Source of the DNA: a bacterium
GTDB taxonomy: Bacteria; Bdellovibrionota_B; Oligoflexia; Oligoflexales; RGVZ01
Length of the DNA stretch: 64,000 bases
Direction: 5' to 3'
Assembly (NCBI GenBank): GCA_043757325.1
Contig: JAYVPO010000019.1
Span: 18,624 to 82,623, forward strand
Numbering within the stretch: the stretch's first letter is position 1; the number at the start of each line of letters is the position of its first letter. The notes below the pieces were generated by a model, which was not told the DNA's origin, did not search any database, and saw nothing but the letters and a program-made list of their open reading frames with translations. Positions 1-9,350 of the stretch are shown here, piece by piece. The translations under genes were made by a program, and so were the position numbers.

Positions 1-1
1 A

Positions 2-391
2 TTAGGTGGAACGCTAGGCTGGCTCGTTGGAGCGGGAGCATTATTTATCCCGGGAGTGGGACCATTTTTAGCTGCTGGACCAATCATGGCGGCATTAGCA
101 GGCGCGGGAGTTGGTGGTGCGGTCGGTGGTGTTGGTGGGTCATTAGTTGGTGCTGGCATTCCAGAATATGTTGCTATACGCTATACCGGAAGTGTTGAAA
201 AAGGAAATGTCTTATTATCTGTGCATTGTGATTCTGGAGAATGGGCTAATCAAGCAAAGGTTATTTTAAGTCGAGAAGGTGCTCAAGATATCGATAATGC
301 GACAGAGAGTTCGGCAAATGTTGTTGAAGGAACTTCGACGGATAGACCCTATAGTCGAAATACTACAAGAGACTTGCACAGTACACTCTAG
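2..391 (+). CDS. Gly/Ala-rich (glycine-zipper) membrane general-stress-like protein, N-terminus outside the window
   Basis: The frame is open from base 2 (LGGTLGWLVGAGALFIPG...), upstream of the ORF-track start at 56. A Gly-zipper TM stretch is followed by the soluble tail VLLSVHCDSGEWANQAKVILSREGAQDI. A strong terminator follows. Confidence 0.6.
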   Translation, partial: LGGTLGWLVGAGALFIPGVGPFLAAGPIMAALAGAGVGGAVGGVGGSLVGAGIPEYVAIRYTGSVEKGNVLLSVHCDSGEWANQAKVILSREGAQDIDNATESSANVVEGTSTDRPYSRNTTRDLHSTL

Positions 392-420
392 CGCCACTGG
401 ATTGTTGAATGAATTCTGAC

Positions 421-448
421 AACGCCCAAACTCTTGGGCGTTTTTTTT
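421..448 (+). terminator. Rho-independent terminator
   Basis: aacgcccaa (421-429) pairs with ttgggcgtt (434-442): 9-bp stem, 4-nt loop, run of 8 T. Confidence 0.85.
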
Positions 449-618
449 CTGTCCTGATACAGATTTGCTACATTTTTGAAGGTATTTCGATGCGTCAATT
501 AAGTCTTTTAAATGTTTTACTAAGATTTTTACTGGCACAAATATTGAATAAGTATTTGGGAAGAAACATAACGGCGATAAGTCCGTTCGTAGTTTAAAAA
601 ATTTTTAAGGAGAAAATT

Positions 619-1188
619 ATGAATTTAGCTCAATTTGCACAGAAAGCATCTCAAACACTTTTTCACACAAACTCAGATGCAGAAAATCAGGCTCTTTTAA
701 GTGATCCTATTGATTTACTGAAATCCCAACACTCTGAAGTTGATGAGCTGTTTAAAGAAATTCAGGAGCTAAGTCCAAAAGCTCATAAGTCGAAGCAAAA
801 AATATTCGAAACTATTGCAAAGAAATTAGAGATGCACACTCATATAGAAGAAAAAGTCTTCTATCCTGCAGCTAAAAGCACAGACAAAAGTTTGGTTTTA
901 GAAGCTTACGAAGAGCATGATGTTGTGAAAGATCTAATAGACAAAATACATTCTGCTGGTTCCGAGGATGAAACTTTTGATGCAAAGATTCAGGTACTAA
1001 AGGAAGCCGTTCAGCATCACGTTAAGGAAGAAGAGCATGACCTATTTCCAAAATGTCGCGCGGCTTTTTCGAGTGATCGTATGAAAGAGGTCAACGATCT
1101 TATGAGAAAAGAGCAGGCAAAGCTGGAAGAAAAGCAGAATGAAATTCATCGTCCGGCTAAGAAAAAACTCGAGCGTAAACGGGCTTAA
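619..1188 (+). CDS. Hemerythrin-like (HHE cation-binding) domain protein
   Basis: AGGAG lies just upstream of the ATG. Spaced His/Glu motifs HSEVDELF, HTHIEEKVFYP, EEHDVV and HHVKEEEHDLFP are typical of hemerythrin four-helix bundles. Confidence 0.8.
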   Translation: MNLAQFAQKASQTLFHTNSDAENQALLSDPIDLLKSQHSEVDELFKEIQELSPKAHKSKQKIFETIAKKLEMHTHIEEKVFYPAAKSTDKSLVLEAYEEHDVVKDLIDKIHSAGSEDETFDAKIQVLKEAVQHHVKEEEHDLFPKCRAAFSSDRMKEVNDLMRKEQAKLEEKQNEIHRPAKKKLERKRA

Positions 1189-2330
1189 TTTTTAACCGAT
1201 AACCGCCACTTTTCACGCGACTCAATTAGCAGCGCATTTAAACCTCCGGTTAAAATGCGCTGCTTTATTTCACCCATAAATTTCTCGTAAAAAGTTAAAT
1301 TATGAAGCCCCAAAAGTTGGCGAACAATATGCTCCTTGGCCTTTACCATATAGTGTAAAAATGCCCTGGAATAATTCTTACAGGCATAACAAACACAAGT
1401 CGGGTCTAGCGCAATATCTTGATCTTTAAAAAAGCTTTTTCTTAAATCGACTTTTCCTTCCGAAATAAAAACAAGACCTTGTTGCCCTAACGCCGTCGGC
1501 AGAATGCAATCGAACATGTCTATTCCTCGACTTACTGCTTCGACGATATCAGACGGTGTTCCCACTCCCATTAAATAGCGTGGTTTATCGTATGGCAAAG
1601 ACTCGGCTGAGATCTCGGTAAAATCACAGCGCTCCTGATAGCTTTCTCCCACTGCCAAACCACCCACCGCATAACCGTCGAAATTTAAATCCGTCAGAAC
1701 TTTCGCACTTTCACGCCGCAGATCGCTAAAACAAGCACCTTGCACAATTCCAAAGAGTTTCTGCTTTGCCGAATCTCTTTCGGCATCTAGGCATCTTTTA
1801 GCCCATCGATGGGTTCTTTCCATGGCAAGCTTAGCGGTTTGATGATCGACAGTTGATGCGACACACTCATCTAGAACCATCATAATATCGCTGCCAATTG
1901 CGCGTTGCATTGCAATACTTCGCTCCGGACTCAGAACAATTTTATCGCCATTGATGTAGTTTCTAAATTCGGCTCCGTGTTCGGTTATTTTTCGTTCTGT
2001 CGGCTGACAAAAAATTTGAAAGCCTCCAGAATCTGTTAAAACCATCCGGTCCCAGCCATTAAAGGCGCGTAAGCCGCCGCGTTTTTGCAAAAATTCCTCA
2101 CCGAGTCGCACCAAAAGGTGATAGGTATTTGCAAGCAGAATTTTAATATCGAGTTTTCTTAAATCTTCAAAACGCTGCATACGCACAACGCCGTGAGTAC
2201 CCACAGGCATAAAGACGGGAGTTTTGACAACGGACTCAATTCCATCTCGTAGAAATCGCAGAGTGCCAAGTCGTGCCTTGCTTTCCTTATCTCTAGCATC
2301 CACAGAAAAAAACGAATCTTTTGAATCCAT
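1185..2330 (-). CDS. tgt: Queuine tRNA-ribosyltransferase (tRNA-guanine transglycosylase)
   Basis: Hallmark motifs TPVFMPVGT, LANTYHL, TDSGGFQ, MVLDEC, FGIVQG, GYAVGGLAVGE, YLMGVGTP and FDCILPT. Confidence 0.95.
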   Translation of the reverse strand: MDSKDSFFSVDARDKESKARLGTLRFLRDGIESVVKTPVFMPVGTHGVVRMQRFEDLRKLDIKILLANTYHLLVRLGEEFLQKRGGLRAFNGWDRMVLTDSGGFQIFCQPTERKITEHGAEFRNYINGDKIVLSPERSIAMQRAIGSDIMMVLDECVASTVDHQTAKLAMERTHRWAKRCLDAERDSAKQKLFGIVQGACFSDLRRESAKVLTDLNFDGYAVGGLAVGESYQERCDFTEISAESLPYDKPRYLMGVGTPSDIVEAVSRGIDMFDCILPTALGQQGLVFISEGKVDLRKSFFKDQDIALDPTCVCYACKNYSRAFLHYMVKAKEHIVRQLLGLHNLTFYEKFMGEIKQRILTGGLNALLIESREKWRLSVKN

Positions 2331-2426
2331 TAAGTATTTTTGTCCTTGTTTTTAAGGTCGTTAGAAACGGTAGCCCTGCTACTGTAGCCTTCCATCAATA
2401 TAATAAACTCTGCTCGATTTTTATTT

Positions 2427-2849
2427 TTACGCTGCCCGGCTATCAAACGCAACTTTGTACATTACTCGCGGCAAATGCACTTCAATAACACTATAATCAT
2501 AGATCAACATAGGCGCTTTGCTGCCCCGCTTATCATTCGACTCTTCAAACCGAATAAAACCATGCCCAGCTAACAATTCGCAATCCCTGGCCACATTCTG
2601 TTGGGCGCGTCCAAGAATTTTCGCTAACTGATAAACCGAAGGCGGCGCGTACTTTCGAATCGCGGCCAAGATTGCGTATTTCTGGTCACTCATAAACTGC
2701 TGATAAGCCTCAACAGACGACCAAATCAGCTCATCCTTCTTCTGAACAATTCGCCTTTTGCTCTTAAGCGCACCTTTCAACTCGCGTTTTGAGCGGGTTG
2801 CAAAGTCGTCTAAACTTTCAAAAAATATTCTTAGCTTTTTAACCGCCAT
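2427..2849 (-). CDS. HTH DNA-binding protein, antitoxin-like transcriptional regulator
   Basis: 140 aa. Winged-HTH-like core SVYQLAKILGRAQQNVARDCELLAGHGFIRF, preceded by a charged N-terminal region. Preceded by a 34-codon RelE-like remnant ORF. Confidence 0.6.
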   Translation of the reverse strand: MAVKKLRIFFESLDDFATRSKRELKGALKSKRRIVQKKDELIWSSVEAYQQFMSDQKYAILAAIRKYAPPSVYQLAKILGRAQQNVARDCELLAGHGFIRFEESNDKRGSKAPMLIYDYSVIEVHLPRVMYKVAFDSRAA

Positions 2850-3100
2850 TTTGAACTATCTTCTTTACTTCTTGCCAGAACACGTCCAAAGCATCAACGT
2901 CTTGAGCTCGACGCGATATTTCTCTGAAATTTCGATGCGAAAATCCATTAAGATTTTTGCTTTGGGCATTTATAGGCCCACATATACATCAATCGAACGT
3001 ATATGACTAGATTAATGTAATCTAATGAAATTGTAAAATTTTAATTGACTTCGATAGGCGTCAAAAAGGTATACAGGGCTAGAAATCGCTGAATTTTCGT

Positions 3101-3319
3101 TCATACACAGGAGCTTTTTTGAAAGTTGTCCCTTCGAGGTTCTTGTCCTTGATTTGCGGGAACTTTACTACTGAATTGGCGGTAAACTTGGTCGTCTAAG
3201 AGGTCAATCCAATAAGTATTTCTTTCCGCAAAAAGATCAGCAATAAGAGTGGATTTTCCTGTTCCTCTTCCTCCTAATAGAAAAAAGCTTTTATTTAACG
3301 ATGGTTTAAGAAGTCTTTT
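3101..3319 (-). pseudogene. Fragment of an AAA+ ATPase (P-loop, COG1373/DUF4143-type) gene
   Basis: The minus-strand reading YKRLLKPSLNKSFFLLGGRGTGKSTLIADLFAERNTYWIDLLDD contains a Walker A motif. There is no start codon, an upstream in-frame TAG, and a stop after about 70 codons. Confidence 0.55.
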
Positions 3320-3373
3320 GTACTAGTACCGAAATGGTACGGCATTCTCGGCATGACCACATCTTACAAATTC

Positions 3374-3561
3374 GCTTAGGGCCCGTCACAAAATAACTTG
3401 TGGTTCTTGCCGACAAGTTGTGTTCAGATTTGAAAGTTTTCTTAGCAAAAAATACCGGAGTTTGTCCGCGACAAATGAGGATTTTTTTACCAAGAAAAAT
3501 TGTGAAGATGAATAGAAATTGTCGGCAAGAAGTATAAGTTATTTTGTGACGGGACCTTAGC
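3374..3561. repeat. MITE-like inverted repeat (43-nt arms, about 102-nt centre)
   Basis: 3374-3416 (gcttagggcccgtcacaaaataacttgtggttcttgccgacaa) is complementary to 3519-3561 (ttgtcggcaagaagtataagttattttgtgacgggaccttagc), apart from a 4-nt block and two further mismatches. Confidence 0.7.
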
Positions 3562-3596
3562 CTTTCCAAACAGTTTAATGCCGCCCGCGTTGTTAT

Positions 3597-4670
3597 TTAA
3601 TATGCTTCACCGCAATTCAAAACGCGCGCAGGTTTTTGCGGGTAGTCAAAATCTTTATTGTTGAACGGTGCCAAACCAATACGTGTATGCGGCTCGCCTG
3701 TTCGTGGTTGAAACCAGAACCAACTAAAATCTTCGCTATTGGTCGACAGTGCTTTCATTCCAGTATTCTCGATTTTGGGGACTATTACCTGAAGCCAAGT
3801 TTTGCTTTCAGTGATTAAATTTAAAGACGAAAAGCTCGGTCCTAGATCGCGCTCAAGAAGGCACGTCCAGCGTTCGTTCCATGAGGATTCAAGGCCGCGA
3901 ACGATGAAACTTTTGCCGTGAATTTTCGCAACTAAATCGGGCTGTGAAGCGATAAGCCGCATTGTCAATCCGAGAACGGACCCACCACCGCTGTGCGCCC
4001 AAGCAACTTTTCCGCCACAAGTCATCGACTCAAAAACTGCTGCTACGGCTTCTTGCATAAATCGATTAGTTTTATCGACCCCGCGATGTGTCACATAGTC
4101 TTCGAGTTCGATTTTATCTCGTGCAGCAACCCGCCCCCCAAAATGTGAGCCATCTAGCGCATCCGCAGGCCAGGTCATCGCCAAAAAACTCTCACGCGAA
4201 AGAATATTATTACGCACACTGAGCATACGCGCTTCGTCTTCGTCACCCCAAACCGTGACATGCTGCCCAGATTTTTGATAGTAACGGTAAATTGAACGTG
4301 ATTCGCGTTCAGTAACTTTTACATTGGCCGGAAATTCACCTCGCGAGCGGTTGTAATAATTCAAAATATGCCAATTTTTACCGCTCGACTTGGCGGCACT
4401 GACATAGATTTCGCCGACGTCCTCATCTTCACCCCAATCGCTGAACGGGCTTTCGCCTTTGTCGAACGCCTGAATTCCTGGAAAATAAGGAGTAAATAAA
4501 ACTTTCGGGCAAGAACGAGCGAGCATTTTTTTCTTAAATGCAGGAGTTAAAATATACTCTGCCGAGAATGTTTCTCGGTCGGCAGGCCCAAGGTCTTCGG
4601 GACTGAGTTTTTGCTTCGGATGGCAGGCAGTAAAGACCAAGGCCGTTAGTATAATATTCAGTGTTTGCAT
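3597..4670 (-). CDS. Lipoprotein, putative alpha/beta-hydrolase fold
   Basis: Signal peptide with lipobox LVFTAC. Nucleophile-elbow-like WAHSGGGSVLG. No closer family assignment is possible by eye. Confidence 0.7.
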   Translation of the reverse strand: MQTLNIILTALVFTACHPKQKLSPEDLGPADRETFSAEYILTPAFKKKMLARSCPKVLFTPYFPGIQAFDKGESPFSDWGEDEDVGEIYVSAAKSSGKNWHILNYYNRSRGEFPANVKVTERESRSIYRYYQKSGQHVTVWGDEDEARMLSVRNNILSRESFLAMTWPADALDGSHFGGRVAARDKIELEDYVTHRGVDKTNRFMQEAVAAVFESMTCGGKVAWAHSGGGSVLGLTMRLIASQPDLVAKIHGKSFIVRGLESSWNERWTCLLERDLGPSFSSLNLITESKTWLQVIVPKIENTGMKALSTNSEDFSWFWFQPRTGEPHTRIGLAPFNNKDFDYPQKPARVLNCGEAY

Positions 4671-4749
4671 TTATTTTTTTACCTAGGTATCTGCTAACAA
4701 GATTACCAGAAAATAGTTGTTCAAGTTTATTTACTTCTCCGAATGATCT

Positions 4750-5079
4750 TCAGTCCTGGATAATCCAAGAAATCCTTATCTTGTTGTCTTCACTAAAAGG
4801 AACTAATTTAACAAACTGATGTGTCGATTTAATGACCTTTAAAAATGCATCAAGCTCTTCGTCGGACACGGGCCCGATCTTTGTTCCATAGTCTTGAATG
4901 CTCATTTTTTTAATCTTAGCAGCCGGCTGATCTGCAGTCATGTCAATGAGGAGCCGTTGCTTAGTGGTTAAACCTATTCTTGGTCGAGATGCACTCACTT
5001 TTTCACCATTGTTTTTGGCAATTTCCAGCTTTAACTCTCCAAGTTCTATCGGTTTTTCGTGAAGTTTCTTGAGCACCAA
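4750..5079 (-). CDS. Hypothetical protein
   Basis: 109-codon ORF with a TTG/GTG start and an AGGTG 9 nt upstream. No recognisable motif. Confidence 0.4.
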   Translation of the reverse strand: MVLKKLHEKPIELGELKLEIAKNNGEKVSASRPRIGLTTKQRLLIDMTADQPAAKIKKMSIQDYGTKIGPVSDEELDAFLKVIKSTHQFVKLVPFSEDNKIRISWIIQD

Positions 5080-5494
5080 CTGTCACTGCACCTGTATTTT
5101 ACCCTAAACTATTTTAATTGTTTCTGCCACGGACACCTATATTGTCCATACCGTTGCTCAATAGATATCCACTTGGTAAAATTAACACAGCTAAGGCTTG
5201 TGCTCAAATCGACTTTAACTTGTTGAAAATAATATCGCTTTCTCCCACAATATTGTTTCTTAGAAGTATCGCAAAGAGAAAGAAATTGAGATTGACCATA
5301 AGTGACCAGGTATTGTCTCGACTAAAGCAAATTCTAAAAACTTTTGGTATTCATTTTTCAAAAAAAATTCGCGCATTTATTGAGACCGTTTTGGGAAATA
5401 TTTCCGGTCAAAGTAAAAAATATCAAAAATAATTTCATTAAATGTACCTCTCGTTTTAGTTTAGCTTGATCTATTGTTTGCATCAACTTAGGTG

Positions 5495-5885
5495 AGCATT
5501 GCGGGGTACAGTTTTTGTGCGCGAGTAAAGTTTTAGAAGACTACTGCGTCTACGTCTTTTCAGGTCCTTTGCATTTGCCTTTTCCTAAACATAAGCTTTG
5601 CGCCTGATTGTGATGGTCGCCTGGAGGCGTTACCCTCAACGACTGACTTCATTCTTGTTTATATTGAGGAGAAAACACAAATTAAAGTTAGAAAATTACT
5701 GATTTCCATAGTCTCGAAATTCTCAAAATTTTGTATGCAAAGGTAAACGCCTCTCGGCGACCACCACGATCACGCGCAAAGCTTTAGTTAAGGAAAAGGC
5801 AAATGTCAAAGACTCGAACAAACGTTGGCTAGGCAATCCCAGAAAACTTAACTGGCGCAGGAAAACTGCATCCAATCGTTGCTTC
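5495..5885. repeat. Long imperfect foldback element, family 2 copy C
   Basis: Arms of about 140 nt (about 5497-5637 and 5745-5882) are complementary at roughly 70-75 percent of positions by eye. The arms are homologous to those of the element at 52168-52534. Confidence 0.75.
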
Positions 5886-5968
5886 TACAGCAGAACCACC
5901 GACCTCATCGAACTGCAATACATGCTTGTCTGAAACACGTACTGATTTATCCTCAAGCGGATTCGAGA

Positions 5969-8254
5969 TTAGGAAAACGCGAACGAAAGTTCTGGTTCAC
6001 CTTCAACATTTGTCACAAGGCAGTTTCCACCTTTTTCCAACTTCCCAAATAAAATATGTTCGGCAATAGGATTGGCAATCTTATCTTGAATCAAACGCGC
6101 AATCGGCCGCGCTCCGTAAATAGCGCTGTATCCGGTTTTGGCAATCCACGCACGTGCCTTGTCGTCAGCCGTCAGCACAACTTTTTTCGCATATAATTTC
6201 AGCTGCAGCTGCTTAATAAATTTATCTACAACCTGGGCAATCATTGCGGTATCGAGTTGGTTAAATGTTACAACCCGGTCTAACCGGTTGCGAAATTCAG
6301 GAGAAAAAGTGATTTTTAGAGTCTCATTTTCACCTTCTAAAGCCGTAAAAATTGGACGATTAAAACCAATTGAACCAGAGGTCATTTCTCGGGCTCCAGC
6401 ATTGGTTGTTAAAATAATAATCGTGTTCCTAAAATCAGTTTCGCGACCATTGCTATCGGTCAGTGTTCCGTGATCTAAAACTTGCAGCAGAATATTTTGC
6501 ATATCAGGATGCGCTTTTTCGATCTCATCAAAAAGCACAACTGAATAAGGATTTTTATTGATGGAATCCGTTAACAATCCGCCTTGATCAAATCCCACAT
6601 ATCCAGGCGGGGCCCCGATCAGCCTCGAGACCGTATGTTTTTCCATGTATTCGCTCATGTCATACCGCACGAAACTAATCGCCATGGTTTCTGCCAATTG
6701 TTTTGCGACTTCGGTTTTTCCAACGCCGGTTGGCCCCGCAAACAAAAAACTTCCAATCGGTCGGTCGATCGATCCGAGTCCGCTCTTTGACACCTTTATA
6801 ACTGAAACCAGCGCCTCAATGGCCGAATCTTGGCCAAAAACCACGGATTTTAATCTCCCTTCGAGATTTCTAATATCATCTTTTTGCGATTGATTTATTT
6901 TCTGCAGAGGAACTTTTGCCATTTTCGCGACAACGGTTTCGATATCACTTAAGCTGACTTTTTTAGGTTTGTCAGAAGTTTTTGAGCCCTTTAATGTGTA
7001 CACAGCCCCAACTTCATCAATCACATCGATGGCTTTATCGGGTAATTTTTTGTCGCGTAAATAACGCATCGATAAATCAACCGCTAATTTAATCGCTTCA
7101 ACACTAAGCTGAATATTGTGAAACTGCTCGTACTTGGATTTTAAACCTTTAAGTATCTCGATCGTGTCATCACCAGATGGCTCATCAATATCTACCCGTT
7201 GGAAACGGCGCGAAAGAGCGTGATCATTTTCGAAAAAATTGCGAAATTCTTTAAAGGTTGTGGAACCCATGCACCGAATTTCTCCCGACGACAATGCAGG
7301 CTTAAGTAAATTCGACGCGTCCATTGTTCCGCCGCCCACAGATCCCGCACCAATAACCGTGTGAATTTCATCGATAAATAAAATCGCATGGCGCTTTTTT
7401 TTAAGCTCTCCCACAATGCCTTTTAATCTTTGCTCGAAATCCCCACGAAATTTCGTTCCCGCCAAAAGGGTACCCATATCCAAAGAATAAATTTTGGCAT
7501 CCTTTAAAAAATCTGGCACTGACTTTTCGGTTATTTTTAAAGCCAAACCTTCAACAAGAGCCGTCTTACCGACACCCGCATCACCCACCAGTAGAGGATT
7601 ATTTTTGCGGCGTCGACAAAGAATTTGCACAAGCCTTTCAACTTCGTTGCGCCGGCCTATTAAAGGATCGATTTTGCCTTCCACTGCGCGCGCGCAAAGA
7701 TCTACGGTGTAAAGAGCTAAAAAGCTTTTATTAGATGGATCAGAGTCTTCTTCATCAAAATCCGAAACCGGTTTTTGCGTTTTTAAATCGTCAACTTTCG
7801 CTTCGTCAATCTGGTCGACTCCGGTTTTGTATATTCCGTGTGAAATATAATTTATGATATCGAATCGACTAATATGTTGCTTCTGCAGCAAATAAACCGC
7901 AAAAGAATCACGCTCCGAAAAAATCGACACCAAAATATTCTCGCCTTTAATGCGTTCTTTGCCAGAAGCTCTTACCTGCTGTGCGGCGCGCTGGATCACC
8001 CGTTGAAAGCCGACGGTGGGCTGAGGCATCTGGCCGGCTTTTAATATTCCAGATAGCAGATGTTCTTGAAAAAATTCTTCGATTTCTAAACGCGTTTTGT
8101 CAACCGAGCCACCACAAGCTCTAACCGCCCTGGTGGCGGATTCATTTTGCAAAAGCGCATACAGAACATGCTCAATAGTTACATACTCGTGGCCTCGTCT
8201 CGCGGCCTCACTAACAGCTAAATTTAAACTGATTTCAAGATCGTGATTGATCAT
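5969..8254 (-). CDS. clpA: ATP-dependent Clp protease ATP-binding subunit ClpA
   Basis: 761 aa. Clp N-domain, two AAA+ modules ([18 protein letters not shown]) and no ClpB-type long middle domain. clpS lies immediately upstream with a 4-nt overlap. Confidence 0.95.
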   Translation of the reverse strand: MINHDLEISLNLAVSEAARRGHEYVTIEHVLYALLQNESATRAVRACGGSVDKTRLEIEEFFQEHLLSGILKAGQMPQPTVGFQRVIQRAAQQVRASGKERIKGENILVSIFSERDSFAVYLLQKQHISRFDIINYISHGIYKTGVDQIDEAKVDDLKTQKPVSDFDEEDSDPSNKSFLALYTVDLCARAVEGKIDPLIGRRNEVERLVQILCRRRKNNPLLVGDAGVGKTALVEGLALKITEKSVPDFLKDAKIYSLDMGTLLAGTKFRGDFEQRLKGIVGELKKKRHAILFIDEIHTVIGAGSVGGGTMDASNLLKPALSSGEIRCMGSTTFKEFRNFFENDHALSRRFQRVDIDEPSGDDTIEILKGLKSKYEQFHNIQLSVEAIKLAVDLSMRYLRDKKLPDKAIDVIDEVGAVYTLKGSKTSDKPKKVSLSDIETVVAKMAKVPLQKINQSQKDDIRNLEGRLKSVVFGQDSAIEALVSVIKVSKSGLGSIDRPIGSFLFAGPTGVGKTEVAKQLAETMAISFVRYDMSEYMEKHTVSRLIGAPPGYVGFDQGGLLTDSINKNPYSVVLFDEIEKAHPDMQNILLQVLDHGTLTDSNGRETDFRNTIIILTTNAGAREMTSGSIGFNRPIFTALEGENETLKITFSPEFRNRLDRVVTFNQLDTAMIAQVVDKFIKQLQLKLYAKKVVLTADDKARAWIAKTGYSAIYGARPIARLIQDKIANPIAEHILFGKLEKGGNCLVTNVEGEPELSFAFS

Positions 8255-8631
8255 GTTTCAACCTTTTCCATGGTGCACTGAAGAGGATGCTCGTTTTCAC
8301 GGGCGCATTCTAAAACCCCCGCAACTTTTGTTTCGGCAATTTCATAAGGAAAAACCCCACAAACCGCAAGGCCCTTACTGTGAACAATCATCATAATTTC
8401 GTTTGCAGCTTGTTTATCTTTGTTGAAAAAATTTTCCAAAACCATCACCACAAAATCCATCGGTGTAAAATCGTCGTTATGAAGTAAGACTTTGTAGAGC
8501 GCTGGCCTTTTTAATTGGAGTTTTTTCTCGGTGATGATGCTAACACCGGTGCGCTGAGGTAGATCATTTTCTTCGTAATGAGACGAATCGGAATGGAATG
8601 TTTTATTCTTATCATCGAGATTTAATATCAT
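8251..8631 (-). CDS. clpS: ClpS adaptor protein
   Basis: [20 protein letters not shown] and HSKGLAVCG motifs. Overlaps the clpA start. Confidence 0.9.
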   Translation of the reverse strand: MILNLDDKNKTFHSDSSHYEENDLPQRTGVSIITEKKLQLKRPALYKVLLHNDDFTPMDFVVMVLENFFNKDKQAANEIMMIVHSKGLAVCGVFPYEIAETKVAGVLECARENEHPLQCTMEKVET

Positions 8632-8671
8632 CTCTTCAATCTGGCTCTTAAAGGTCGGTTAGTCAAGTGCC

Positions 8672-9340
8672 CTATTCAATTCGGATTACCACACGTCGGT
8701 TGGCCGAGCGCGCTCGCAATAAATCCTCACCTTTCAAGTGAAGTGTTGCAATTTTGGGTCTAGTATGGGCATAAGCAACAACGGCCATTCGAGTTGATTC
8801 TATGCCGCGACCTTCAAATTGGCGTAGGAGCGCAATCCCGCGGGCCGAGCTAAGCTCCCAGTTGGAAGGGTATTTTCCACCCGAAACTGGCGTATCATCC
8901 GTGTGGCCTTCGATTTTCAGCTGATAGCGCGCGGGAGTTTTGGCGATAAGATCCATAACTTTGTTGACAGTCTGGCGAAATCTAGGATTTGGTTCCGCAG
9001 ATCCAAAATCAAATAGAACACCATCTTTAAACTCAATGCTAACTCCTGTGCTGTCGATAGTGACTTCAGTATTTTTGTCGAGTTTTAATTTTTTGAGAAT
9101 TTCTTCGAGATGATTCGAAATGGTCACAAGGTTTACGGCGGACGTTTGACTTGTTTTGGAGTTTTCATTCTGTCGCATGGCATCTACTACCAGCTCTGCT
9201 TTGCGCTTGTCGATTTGTGTAAACGAGAGCATCAATATAAAAAAAGAAATTAAAATCATACTTAGATCTGCAAACGATAGCAGCCATAGCGCCTCGTTTT
9301 TTTTAACTTTTCGAAAGCTTTTTTTGGTGGTAGCCGTCAC
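8672..9340 (-). CDS. motB: MotB/OmpA-family stator protein
   Basis: N-terminal WLLSFADLSMILISFFILML TM/plug region. C-terminal OmpA-like IEGHTDDTP...SNWELSSARG...NRRVVI. Confidence 0.75.
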   Translation of the reverse strand: MTATTKKSFRKVKKNEALWLLSFADLSMILISFFILMLSFTQIDKRKAELVVDAMRQNENSKTSQTSAVNLVTISNHLEEILKKLKLDKNTEVTIDSTGVSIEFKDGVLFDFGSAEPNPRFRQTVNKVMDLIAKTPARYQLKIEGHTDDTPVSGGKYPSNWELSSARGIALLRQFEGRGIESTRMAVVAYAHTRPKIATLHLKGEDLLRARSANRRVVIRIE

Positions 9341-9350
9341 TTTAAAAGCC

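Noticed and set aside
533-547. Other sigma-54-like strings: TGGCAC-aaata-TTGA upstream of the hemerythrin gene, TGGCAC-cagct-TAGT at 58335-58320 (-) upstream of the FHA gene, and TGGCCT...TTTGCT at 55965-55985 (-) upstream of surE.
   Set aside because: The invariant GC of the -12 element is GA or GT in the first two. The third has GG-N11-GC spacing. They are too weak to call without a PWM score or transcription-start data.
5118-5432. A 104-codon ORF lies in the clpA-downstream gap. A 66-codon ORF (52383-52583) lies inside foldback D, and an 87-codon ORF (3306-3569) spans the MITE-like repeat.
   Set aside because: They have TTG or weak starts, no RBS, and AT-driven Lys/Leu/Ile composition. 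They overlap repeat arms. A 26-codon signal-peptide-like minus-strand ORF at 5360-5437 stops at a T8 run, and no frame continues far. All are treated as noncoding.
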